DNA from: a virus
Strand: one strand, 5' to 3'
DNA length: 64,000 nt
IMG/VR virus record: IMGVR_UViG_3300009155_000040
Span: 32,001-96,000 of that record
Both the position numbers and the translations under genes were made by a program. Positions 8,411 to 20,200 of this stretch are shown piece by piece (within the stretch, counting starts at the first letter, position 1; every line of letters begins with the position of its first letter). A model generated the notes under the pieces. The model was not told the DNA's origin. It saw only the letters and a list, made by a program, of their open reading frames with translations, and did no database searches.

Positions 8411-10543
8411 TTATATTACTGTACTGAATGCAGGTGGTCCGGATCTAATAATATAATTAATTGTTAGATACGGATTCATAATACCCACTGGTTGCGCTAA
8501 TGCAAATGTTGGGTCTGGTTTAGTAACCGGTCCTGAATTATTAAAATACTGTGCTTGACCTGGGGCTGTTGGTCCTAAGCCTGTGGTTGCTGGCGGATTA
8601 ATTGCAGTGTCTACACGTAGCGCAGAATACTGCGTTGTGCCATTTTGGAATGAATGTGTATGTTCCGGTAAATTACCCAGTGTCAATGTTGCAGCACTTT
8701 GCCCTGCATCTCCACCCAATGTTTGTGCTTTTGTGTCAGGCACCCGTCCTGCTGTACCGCCACCGCCATCAATGTAAGATCCTGTAGACAACGGAACTGA
8801 AACTCCGTTATCCATGTTGTCTTTACCAAGAGGAAATCTACCTCTCAAGTCTGGTAATCGATAAGTGTTAAAACCATTTAGTACTGATGAGCCATTGTAA
8901 GTAACTCCTATAGTATCATACAATGCTTGATACTTTGCAATTTCAACTTCAGATCCATCACACAACAAGTATCCGTAAGGAACGTTTGGTCCAGCATACG
9001 GAAGTATTGCTCCGATAGGAACTCCTAAGTCGCCAACAAAGGTATCTCTAGTTTGTTTGTAAAGACCAGTTGATCCAATACTTCTGTAGGTCAATACATA
9101 ATCAGACGGTTTTGAAACTGCAGGAGATGGTTCAGGTTTAGCAGAAATAATATTTGCTGTCAACTGTGTGTTAAAAATCTTTGAATTACTTTCAACCTGT
9201 CCGTCGAATCTAATAATGTTAGTACTGATAACGTCGCCTTGCATTTGGAAGGTTGTAATATTTTTAAGGTTAGTAGCAGTATTGGCATTTCCGCTGATGT
9301 TGCCATCAAGTACTCCTGAAATAGTTTCAGCAATAATTGTTTTTGCTCTAATTTCTTTCCAACGTTTTGACGCTGTTCCTAAATTGTAAGTATCGGTTGT
9401 TTTAGGCTGGGTAGCTGATAGGATCGTTGTTCCTGATATTTCAAGATCAGTGCCGACTCTAAGATTTTTTGTAATTGATACTCCGCCTGCTGTTCTGATA
9501 CTACCATCGCTAAGACTAGTACTTTCATCAGAGTTTGTAATTATTACCGATCCAGTTGTTTTTATGTTACCAATAATATCCAATGCTTCGTCCGGAGTTT
9601 CATTGTTAATACCAACCTTATCATCAATTATTCGGATAATAGCCGTTGCTCTTCCATCAATGTTTGTTTGAAGATCAATACTGCTACCAGTTTGAGAATT
9701 AAAAATTCTTGCAGATGTTGCTGTTGTTGATAATGTAAATGTTCTGTCAGCACCTAATGTTATACCTGTATTATTTGCAATATTAAATCCAGCAGCAGAA
9801 ATTGTATTTGCTGTGTCTGATCTTAAAAAGAATCCAGAATTAACTGTGTCTCCGTTTACAATTAATGCATCGGCAGCAAGAGCTGTTCCGTATAATTTAG
9901 GAAGCAATCCGCCTTCAAAATTTGCAGCTTCTGATAAACTCGGAACGTTAAGATTAATACCAGATTTAATAATTGGGAAGCCATTTAAAATAACTTTAGG
10001 TGTAAACGTATCTTTACTAAAAATAATAACAGGAATGTCAGCAATATAAAATACCAACACACTTCTAGTTGTATTATCACTGTCAGATATTCTTTCTACT
10101 GTAGGACCGTATCTTAAACCATCAATCGAACTTTCGCTCGGACCAACTAAAATCCAACGACCATTTTCTCCTCCAGAGAAAATACGCAACTGTTGATTGG
10201 TCGTGTCAACCCACAATTCGCCAACCTTTGCCGTATCAACTGAAGGTTCGGTTGGACCTTTTTGTATGTTTGACGCTGCCTTCCAACTCGAGTTATCCCA
10301 TATTTGTAAAATACCGTTTGTAGTATCATACCACAATTGGCCTTCTACTGGATTAACCGGTTTATTATCTTCATCGTTGGCAAAATTTTCTAACAGATGT
10401 AAAAAATTCTCTGCAATAATTTGTCCATAGCCTGTTTGATTTCGACCTGGAAATACTAAGGAAGTATCAAAATTTGATGTGTTGTCGTATACCGTAAGGT
10501 CTGTTTTGTTATTACTATCTGAAAATTTAATTGAATATGGCAT
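8411..10543 (-). CDS. Short-tail-fibre-like protein with C-terminal tail collar domain (710 aa)
   Basis: Shared N-terminal module. VPIGAILPYAG...GYLLCDGS...Y.ALYDTIG...YRLPDLRGRF and a terminal MNPYLTINYIIR are collar-domain (T4 gp12-type) motifs. Confidence 0.85.
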   Translation of the reverse strand: MPYSIKFSDSNNKTDLTVYDNTSNFDTSLVFPGRNQTGYGQIIAENFLHLLENFANDEDNKPVNPVEGQLWYDTTNGILQIWDNSSWKAASNIQKGPTEPSVDTAKVGELWVDTTNQQLRIFSGGENGRWILVGPSESSIDGLRYGPTVERISDSDNTTRSVLVFYIADIPVIIFSKDTFTPKVILNGFPIIKSGINLNVPSLSEAANFEGGLLPKLYGTALAADALIVNGDTVNSGFFLRSDTANTISAAGFNIANNTGITLGADRTFTLSTTATSARIFNSQTGSSIDLQTNIDGRATAIIRIIDDKVGINNETPDEALDIIGNIKTTGSVIITNSDESTSLSDGSIRTAGGVSITKNLRVGTDLEISGTTILSATQPKTTDTYNLGTASKRWKEIRAKTIIAETISGVLDGNISGNANTATNLKNITTFQMQGDVISTNIIRFDGQVESNSKIFNTQLTANIISAKPEPSPAVSKPSDYVLTYRSIGSTGLYKQTRDTFVGDLGVPIGAILPYAGPNVPYGYLLCDGSEVEIAKYQALYDTIGVTYNGSSVLNGFNTYRLPDLRGRFPLGKDNMDNGVSVPLSTGSYIDGGGGTAGRVPDTKAQTLGGDAGQSAATLTLGNLPEHTHSFQNGTTQYSALRVDTAINPPATTGLGPTAPGQAQYFNNSGPVTKPDPTFALAQPVGIMNPYLTINYIIRSGPPAFSTVI

Positions 10544-10545
10544 GT

Positions 10546-11208
10546 TTAGACCTCAGTGAAACCAGTTAAACTCTGTATGCGGATTGTATAATCAATCTGC
10601 AATAATCTGTTTAAAGATTTTTGTACAGGGTGGAATACTACATGGGTCAACAGTTTGCCGCCCTCTGGATGAAATGATTTTAATCCCAGTTCATCAAATA
10701 CAAAGTTGCCGGATAAATCAACAGAATTATCAAATGCTTCTTGCCCTAACGGTTCACCGTAGTCAAGCAAACAGGTTACAATAATGTCACTGTAAGTTGC
10801 TCCGCTAACATGGCGTATCTCCATTTTATTTCTAATTGGATCTGTATTTTCAATAACGTTTTGATCAACAATTTTGTTATAAGTTTGATTGTATAAGCTA
10901 GAATTAATTCCTATAGTATTCGGAGTCAAATATGTTATCAATCCAGTTGGGTCAACCACTGTGCCGCCAGTGCCGAATACCATTTCATATATGGTTCCGT
11001 TGCCTTGATTTGATAAACTGTTAACCATTGCTACTGACATGTTTTCGTAATGTATAGCATTTCGTTTATCAACAGCAATTTCGCCGGTTTCGGGATACCA
11101 AATTTTGATATGTCCTTCAAAATGGAACCCGCCTGTTTCATTTGGGCGAGTTGTTTGTTGTTTGTTTTGATCGTTATTTTCTGGCATGTTAGTCTCTTGT
11201 GATTCCAT
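10546..11208 (-). CDS. Putative baseplate structural protein (220 aa; alternative start 11187)
   Basis: Lies between the giant wedge-like gene and the fibre genes. FDELGL...LLTHVVFHPVQKSLNR...IDYTIRI looks like a baseplate/fibre-attachment beta-sandwich. Confidence 0.6.
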   Translation of the reverse strand: MESQETNMPENNDQNKQQTTRPNETGGFHFEGHIKIWYPETGEIAVDKRNAIHYENMSVAMVNSLSNQGNGTIYEMVFGTGGTVVDPTGLITYLTPNTIGINSSLYNQTYNKIVDQNVIENTDPIRNKMEIRHVSGATYSDIIVTCLLDYGEPLGQEAFDNSVDLSGNFVFDELGLKSFHPEGGKLLTHVVFHPVQKSLNRLLQIDYTIRIQSLTGFTEV

Positions 11209-11213
11209 AGTAG

Positions 11214-11221
11214 TATTTATT
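11214..11221 (-). promoter_or_regulatory. Late-promoter-like box AATAAATA overlapping the stop codon of the giant gene
   Basis: TAAATA ends 5 nt before ATG 11208. Confidence 0.6.
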
Positions 11222-14200
11222 CGGGCAGTCTAGTAGTCTTTTTAGCTATGAACGCAGCAATAGGAGTACTGTTTTCTAACAATGTAATACCCTTGCTGAC
11301 TGTTGTAGCACCTTTTTCGTACCAAATATTGCCTACCTTTTTAATAATTGAAATTCTAGTTCCGGCTGGTATTTTAGATGTTAGTCTAATGTACGGACTA
11401 ACTCCATCTACTGAAAAATCAGCTTCTAAAACAACGTCCGAGGACGGACTAGATGCTCCTAGTGACTCATCGTATACTTGTAGAGAATCTTTTCTCAATC
11501 TTTCTCCGCCAGCAAATACTTCAAATTCATCACAAGGTCCGTATTCTTCTGGTATAGTAACAGTTGTTGCTGTAGTCCATATTCTGCTAGATTTCGTTGG
11601 GATAAAATCTAACGGGCCAACTAACAATGTGCTTCCGTCGCTTATAAAGTCTAATTTATTTTGACTTTCTTTGTAAGGAATTGTTTCATTTCTGCCAATA
11701 TCAACTACAAAACTTCCTGCACTATGAATAGGTGCAATAGCTGTTCCGCTAACTCCACGTCTTAATTGAGTTAGCGTATTGCCAGTTTTTTGTAGATATT
11801 CAATTCTTTCACTGTTAATTATCAAAGTTCCAGGAATGTTTCTTTCTCTCATGGGTTCTGATAACGTTGACGCATCTGTCACAACAATCTCTTGATCGTA
11901 ATATGTTAACTCTTTGGTTAGAGTAACTGTACTGTCAACACTGTATCGTTTGAAAGAATAACCGTTTAACATATCTTTGTGTATTTCATATGCGCTCGGT
12001 GATCTATATATTTTAGAACCAAATAATACTATTTTAATAGTATCATCAGTTGTTGTGGAGTCTTTCAAGTAGACAACACCACGCGGTAGAGAAACATAAA
12101 ACTCTCTGTCCTGAACAAGTCGTTCTCCGTTTTTGTATACCCATACATAACTAGCATCCAATGGTGCAAATCCTAACTGATAGTTAATTTTTCCGCCAAC
12201 ATATTCGTCGGACACTATTTCCATTGACGGATATTCACTAAACCAAGTAATTTTGATAATGTCATTATCTGTTTCGTTTGTTGTTGACATTGGGAGCGTA
12301 CTGTTTAAAGTTAATATTGTAGCTGTTGAATCTGTTGAAATTGTATATTCAGCTCTAAAATCATTTTCAATCTTAATAGTATCGCCCTCGGACATGTCCT
12401 TAGTGATTATCAACTGTTTTGTCGGGCCGTTGTAGATATAATCTTTAACAAACTCTGTTAACTCGTTATTAACAAAAACTTTTATGTTAGAAGATAATAC
12501 TGTACCAGCACCTTCGAGAGGGTCTACTCCAATAACAAAAGTATTTGTTACGCCGTCATATATTGCTGATATAGTATCCACACCTTGCAGTATTGTTCCA
12601 TTAAGTTCAACCACAACTGATGCAACGACCGATCCTTTTGATTGAATGCTTAAATCAGCGATTTCAAAGCTTCGTGTGCTTCCTTCAAATTCAAATTCTT
12701 GTGAATGCACTCTAACAATGCCTGAGGATGTTGCGCCTGGGCCTATTGATAGAATTTTAATAACTGAGTTGGCCAATGGGGTTGTTCCAAATTGTATCAA
12801 TGTTTTTTCTAATGTGTCTACTACATTCGTGCTGTTGATAAACCCGGTATCTTCGTAAATTCCGTTAACCGATACTGAAACCATATCTGTGTCTTTAAAA
12901 TTTGCATTGGTCAAGAATAAATTCGTTTCACCGTCTGCAATAAACTCCTGATAATCTAACAATGCAACACCGCCAATTCCAAAAGATATTAATTCAATAA
13001 GCATTCCTGTTGTAGGTGCTGTATTAAACAATACTTCATTGGATACAAAATCTATAGAGTAATCAAAAGAAGATGTTCCTTGATACTCTTTTTTGTTTTT
13101 GTCAACATACACCAATAATGAATTAGATTCAAATATGTTTAAACCTATTTTAAATATTGTATCGCTACCGTTACCTACTAGTGTTTTAGTCTGTAGAGGT
13201 GCAGCACCGTCGCTATCTGTTGTAAACACTTTAATGCTAACGCTGTCAAGAATCTGTCCTGGGATATTCTCTTCAGGAGCAGGTACTTGATCTGGTCCGA
13301 TCAACTTACCGCCGTCGATGGTTATATCTTCTGCTCGTGTTCCTGTTGCAGTAATATATGCCGGACCCATTGCTGCAAACGACCCGCCGCTGAGTTTAGT
13401 ATCTAATAAATTAGTGTCGTTAATTGTAACAGATCCATCACTGTCAACTGTTCTAAAAATTAATGTATCGCCGGCATTGGTGTGAACATACTCGCCAATT
13501 TCAACTACCTTAGTAGAGCCGTCGCCAATAAACGTAGGCATTAGTGCATTTGGATCAGTTCCTACCACTCCGTCAATTCTAACTGTTGGCTGGTTAGAAA
13601 TAATTGGTTCGTAGACCACTGTGGGTGCTGTATCATCTCCTAATGTCTGTATTGTCTTTGGTGAGCGGCCTAGTCCGGATCCTGTTCTCTTTAGATATAC
13701 ATTTATTTCTTTTCCATCTAATGGTGTAAACGGTAATGTAATATTTGTTGTGCTACCATCGCAGACAACATAAAAATCAGCACTTGATTCAACGCTGTCC
13801 CATGCATCGGTAAACCACGGTAACGCATCCCAGCCACCTGTTACGTCAAAGGTCGTTCCTTGTACCTGTACTCCGCCATAGTCTATACCTGTCATTAACT
13901 GTCCAAGGTCTTTGCCTTTCATTCCAGTTAATGGATAGTAGTATTTGCTGATCCTGTTAACACTGTCTAATAATTCATCATTTTTTACATAATAAATTTC
14001 AATTAAGTCGCCTAGATATCCAGTGGCTACATTTGGACCTGCTGGAACTTCTGTGAATATAATTTTACCTTTTAGTAAAGAGAATGTGTCAGTGCTTGAT
14101 TTAAACAACGTGATATTGTATTCGTTGCTCAATACCACTTGGTTATTTTTTAACACCTGAATTTGACTCTTATCTCGCGTTGGAGCATAAGCCAATTCAA

Positions 14201-17200
14201 ATGTTGCACTGTATCCGTTAGCTCTAAATTGTTGGAAATTATCTAGAGAAGATAATAAACCAGTTTTAGTAAATCTGTCAAATTTTATTCCTAGATTAAA
14301 TGTTCTAGCTTTTGTATTTCCGATAATTGCCACAGCAGTTGCAGTATTGTCGCTTGATCCATTACCGCCAACTAATGATATAGTCGGAGCTGATGTAAAA
14401 CCTGTTCCTGAATTTATTATCGAAACACCTGATACTTTGCCATTAGAAATGTACGCTTTAGCAACAACTCCGGTTCCGTCTCCTGTAATTAATACATTTG
14501 GAGCTTGAACATACCCGCTTCCAGGATTTGAAATTTTTATAGAAACAATTTCATATGTGTGATTATCAAGCCACGATCTCCATGGGTAGGCCAATGATGT
14601 TTCGTCAGATGCTGTTACAGGTAATATTTTTCCTTCTGCTACTGAGAATGTAGGTGGCAAATCAAAATCGGTATTGGCTGATCCAACACGATCTATTTTT
14701 TCGTAATTGCTGATATATTCTCGAATTGTGGTTCTATACGGCTTAACTTCGTTTATGTATTCTTGATAACTTTCAAGGTTATCGTTTTTGTAATTAAGTT
14801 TTTCTTTTAATTCTCCGACATAATGAGTAGCATTTAAGAAACTTGTTTTAAATGCCCAGTCGATATACTGTTGTTCTGCAAGTGCATATCGAACTGATGT
14901 AAAGAATAATTTATTCCATTCGTTTTCATATTCGCCAATGAATAAAAATTCTTTGATACGCTGTAAAATAATTCTTAATTCTTTGCTGTTGTCGATGTCA
15001 TAGGAATCGGTGTCAAAAGAAACAGTATTGTCAAAGCCAATACCGGACAATTTATTATTCCAAAGAGATTCTGCTAACTGAATAGTTCCTGTGCCGCGGC
15101 CAACTAATTTGTACCTAGCAAAGAATTCTGCACTATCAGAAACTCTTTCAAATACTGCCCAGTCTCCGGTATCATATTGCTTTGCTCTGATCAAATCGCC
15201 AATTTTGGTAGTAAGTAGTGGCTCATAACTTATATCTGGGATTTCTGTTGTGATTCTAGTTTTTATAGAATAGCCTTCGGCCCACCAGTCATATGCATAT
15301 CCGTATCGAGTAGTGTCAAATGCTTGCGCTCTACTTCTATAAAATGTTTGACGCTCATTGTCCCAAGAATAAATTCCCCAGAATCCTTTAGTTGTTTCGT
15401 CAGATGTAACCAACACAGCAAATTGTCTTACGCTGGCTGTTGCTTCACTGTATTTTTTACCTTTTGAGACTACGGTCACTGATGCAATTCTGCCTTGGTT
15501 ATCAAGAACAGCCGTTGCCGATGCACCGTTACCGTCGCCATAAATGCTTACGGCAGGCGTTACTCGATATCCAAATCCTGGATCTAAAATGTCGATAGAG
15601 GATATTTGATTATTTGAAATATTAACTCTTAATGTGGCCTGTTTCACACGAGTTGTACCAACTGTCTGCAATGCTTCGTAAGTGTCTACCGCTTGGTCGT
15701 ATAGATTTAATGCCTGATCGGGCGGCATATCTATTAAATTTAAATCTTCAATCAGTATCTGATCAGCCCAAGGTTGTTGTAATAAAAATTCATTTACCTT
15801 TGTTACAATTATTTTTAGTATAGGCGCACGGTTAACAAACATGCTTTGTCTTGGTCTAAAACTCAATCCATACTTTTGTTTGGCTGGTAAGTTAGGGTCG
15901 GGCACCGGGCCGCCCTGTGAATCAACACCAATCAAACTGTCTAACCATTTAGTTTCTAATGCTTCTGTCGGTCTACTTAATATATGGTCTTCTGTTAACA
16001 GTTGGTATTCGTTATGTATTGGATTTAATTTATCGCTATTTTTAAAATACTGTATGTTCAATACCGCAGTATCCGACGACATGATTGATTTAAAATTATA
16101 AGCTATAAATTTATCGGAATCAATCAATGCAATGTGTGCAATTCCTGATGCAGCCGGATTGGTAATATACGACGAAACCGTAGCAGATGAAATTTCCCTG
16201 CCTGGCATGTTTTCAGGTACTGTTGTTTTATTTTTAACCCAGTAAAAGTATAAAGTTCCAGAAATTTCGCCTGTGGTTGGATTGTATAATTCTTTAACAG
16301 AATATACTGTATCATCTGGATATTTAGGTTGCCCTGAGATACCTAGCGCCAATCCTTCTGTAGTGTCTGCTACAATAGACCATTCGCTTGGTAATAATCT
16401 AGTTTGTACCCATTCATAAACATCAACGCTTGACCCTTCTACTAGACCGTTCCAGTTGCTGGTCTTGTATGCAATGTCGCCTTGTTCATAATATTTCCAC
16501 TTGACTCTAGAAAGATCCCACCATAGTTTTCCAACATTTTTTTCTGCCCAAGCTGTTGTCGAATCAACTGCTTGATTGTCTGTGCCTATTGTATAAGTTG
16601 CTGGGTCATATAGTGTTTTGAATTTAATTTCTTTTTCAGCTGAATTAAGTATTTTTAATTTTGAATGGTCAACATAATCAATGTCTTGTACTTTGACATT
16701 TTTAACCGTGTCGTACATTGAAATGCTTTTAACTTTTCTTACATCAACCAATGGTTTCTGCTGTTCTAAAATTTCCCACGAATTAACCGACGGGTCTTTA
16801 GTAAACAATCTCACAGTACCAATCATTGGACCATCAAACAACACACTCGATCCAGTGTTAACTGGTGCTCGGTAATCTGGTGATCCGACAGCAATTTCAG
16901 AATCAGTACAGTCTAAAGTATAACCAAAAGACTCGTACGGTGATGCTTCGATTTCTAATTTTTCAACTAGGAAGAATTGATCATTTTTCTTTTCAAATAC
17001 GTAGACGCCGCCGGCATATCCTGAACGTTCAACGAATCTAGTTCTGCCTTGATCAAAAGTAGTTTCTTTAGTCGAATCTAATTTTGCCAGTACAGTGAAC
17101 GGTGTATTCTTAGAACCAATTGCAATTCTGTTACCAGACGAGCTAATTGAAACATTTTGTCCAAAGAATTCATTAGGATATTTTTCAAAACTTTCTAATT

Positions 17201-20200
17201 TTTGTTTTAATCTATATTCTATTGATTCTAAACTGTCTGTTTTAAACACATACGCAGAACCTTGATTTTGAAAATTGACATCTGCTTTTGGACTAGAAAT
17301 GATCAATGTAGATCCGGTATAATCTAAATCGGCCGAATAACCAAATTGATCTCCAACATTGATATCGGGTGTGCCTCCTGCGGTAATTTCTAAAGATCCT
17401 GTAGCAGTGGTTAAGGCTACTACACCGCTTCCAAAGGTTCTGCTGACTTTTATTTTTCCATTAACTCCGTATTGTAGAATTTCTTTAACATAATATGTTG
17501 TGCCAGAAATTAATCCGCCAAACGACACGCCTGTAACCAGTAGAGGCATGTTTATTACAATGCCTGTGGTATTCTTTAATACTATTGAATTGTCAACGCT
17601 AGAAGTTACAATTGCACGTGAATTTACTACTGAAGGAGTATCATCTATTAATACCAATGATCCAGCATCAATCGTTTGTATTAAATTGTATTTGTCATCG
17701 GTGTCTCTTTTGTAAACAAAGACTTTACCAGAAGCTTGTGCGCTGCTGTCACCGACATCATCCCATCCGGCATTGCTCGGGTCTACCCCCACTTCGCTAG
17801 ACGAGTCTGCAAGTTGATAATAGTTGTCTTGATATTTTACTACATCATCTTGATTGTAGATAATATCAGACTTCCACCAGCCTCTATAATTTTCAAAATA
17901 TTGGCCATCACTATTCGGAGCTCCGACTACTAACACTGTGCCATCGCCGCTGGTAGCTAATGTAGTACCAAACTCGTCACCATCTTTGATTATTTCAACA
18001 TCAAAATTTACACTCGAACCATCAGACCCTAATGCAATCTGTTGAGGTAGTGCAAAATCAGTATTGTCTATATTCAAGATTTCCCAACTTACAGAGTCGT
18101 CGCCAAGTGTGGTTCCTTTAAACAGATACACTCTGCCTTTATTTCCAAATGCCGCTTTAGCGGCCACTGATGCATAGTAAGTAGTGCCAGACTGACTGAT
18201 TGTTATTTCAGAACCAAAGGTTTCATTGTCTATTGGTCGAGGACTTAGATATGAATTAGTAATTTGCCAACGCTGTCCAGTCCAGTGGTACACTGAAATC
18301 ATACCTTGTTTTGTAAAGCCCGAACTAGTACCAGACGTGGTTACTGGAATTATTCCTTGCGGAAGCCACACGGTTGATGTTGAGTTTGGATACGGCGGTG
18401 TTGCTAAAGATACTTGAGCAACCCACAATCTGTTATCCCACTCTACAATCTCATTTGGTGCATACGCAGTTAAAGGATTAAATGTTCCTTTATAATAGCT
18501 TTTGAGAGATCCTGCAAGTGGAGATCCAACAATTAATTGTTTACCGTCTGGGCTAAGAGCCATTGCTTTGCCGAACGATCCGGTGACACTTGGTCTAATG
18601 CTTTCGGCCGGAGTTAATACCTGTGTAACTCCGATGCCGTTTAATGACTGGGCATACACCATCACATATCCAGTATCTGGGATGCTGGCAAATGTTTGAC
18701 GTGTTAGCGAGTTGTAAACTACCCTAGTTCCTAAATGTGACGGCTCTGCAATTCCAGCATCGATCAATTCTTTAGTAACAAATTGTTTTTTCTTTTTTAT
18801 TACTTCCCAGCCAGTTGTTGTATTATTATCAATCCATACTGTTGAACCAGTTTTTAATAAAGCTGCTTGCTGAGGACTCAATTGTTCATAGTTAGCAAAT
18901 CTTGCTTCTGTGAATAGATTTAAATTAACAATTGAACTGCCGTCCCATTCTGGTGGTTGAGCTTTTGCCGATACTTCTACTGTGATAGTTCTTGGAGTTG
19001 CAGAAACTATTTTAAAGAATCCAGTTAAATTAACAATGTCTTTAATACCAACAATGTCGTCAATTTTACACTCGTGGAATCTTCCTAATTCAATTGTAAC
19101 TTTAGTTTTTTCTTTTGTAATGTTTGTAATAATCAAAATTGGAGATTGATTATATCGCAATACTGTCCACGAATAGTTGTCAAAGGTAATCCAAACATTG
19201 TCATTTTCATTAAAATTAGCAATATCTAAATCCAATATCGAATCTCGAGAGGAAATTATAAAATTTACTTGATCTGTTTTTACATAACCCGGAGTGCGAG
19301 AAAGCAACAGATCATCTGTAGTAGGATTGATATCGACTGAATATTTGTCAGGATCAATTGTAAAATCAGTTTTAAGTACTCTATAATATTGGTCGGAAAT
19401 AGAATCTGATATTTCGTTTGCAATAATAATAGGTTGAGGATTAATTACAAAGCTGTCTTTGTTTAGAGTCATCTCAACTTCTCTTAGTTGATCAACTCCT
19501 CCTAACCTACCAACTCTAAACGCCCATTCTTCTTTAAGGTCTACACTGCCTGCTGCAGAATTGCTGAGTTTATCAAATACTTTTGTTATCGAGTTTGCTG
19601 TTCCTTTCTCTTTAATAAAGCCTTGATACAATTGAAATTGTGTAACAGAATCTTCTGCTAAATTTTGTAAGTATTCTCTTTCTTGATAGCCAATCGAATG
19701 TCTGGCTAGATTTCTTTGATTGTTTCCTAGTCCGTCTGCAGAAACTTCAAAGTAATCTTCAAATTGATTAATTTTGTAATCGAAGTTTGATACTAATTGT
19801 TTCTTCGGATCGCTGTCAAGTTTGGTCCAATAGGTATCGTCAAAAGATTCTACTCCTATCTGATTTGTTAAACTTGTCCAGTTATAACTTCTATAAGAAA
19901 CAATGTCTCCAGATTTATAATCTGTAAACGGTTGCCATTTCTGAATGTTTACATTGTCGAATAAGAAACCCGGACTTGTGTAATCTCCATCCCAATCTAC
20001 TGTTACAAAGCCTTGAGTTTTGATACGATCCTGTCTATATCCTGTAGTCTTGTCATAGATAACATCGTTGAAAACGGTTCTGTCGCTGAATATTACTACA
20101 TGCTCTTTAAGAACAAAATAAACTTTTAAGAAATAAATTCCGTTGGTTGTATTAACTGTTTCTACAGTTATGGATTGGAATCCTCTATTAACATTAATAT

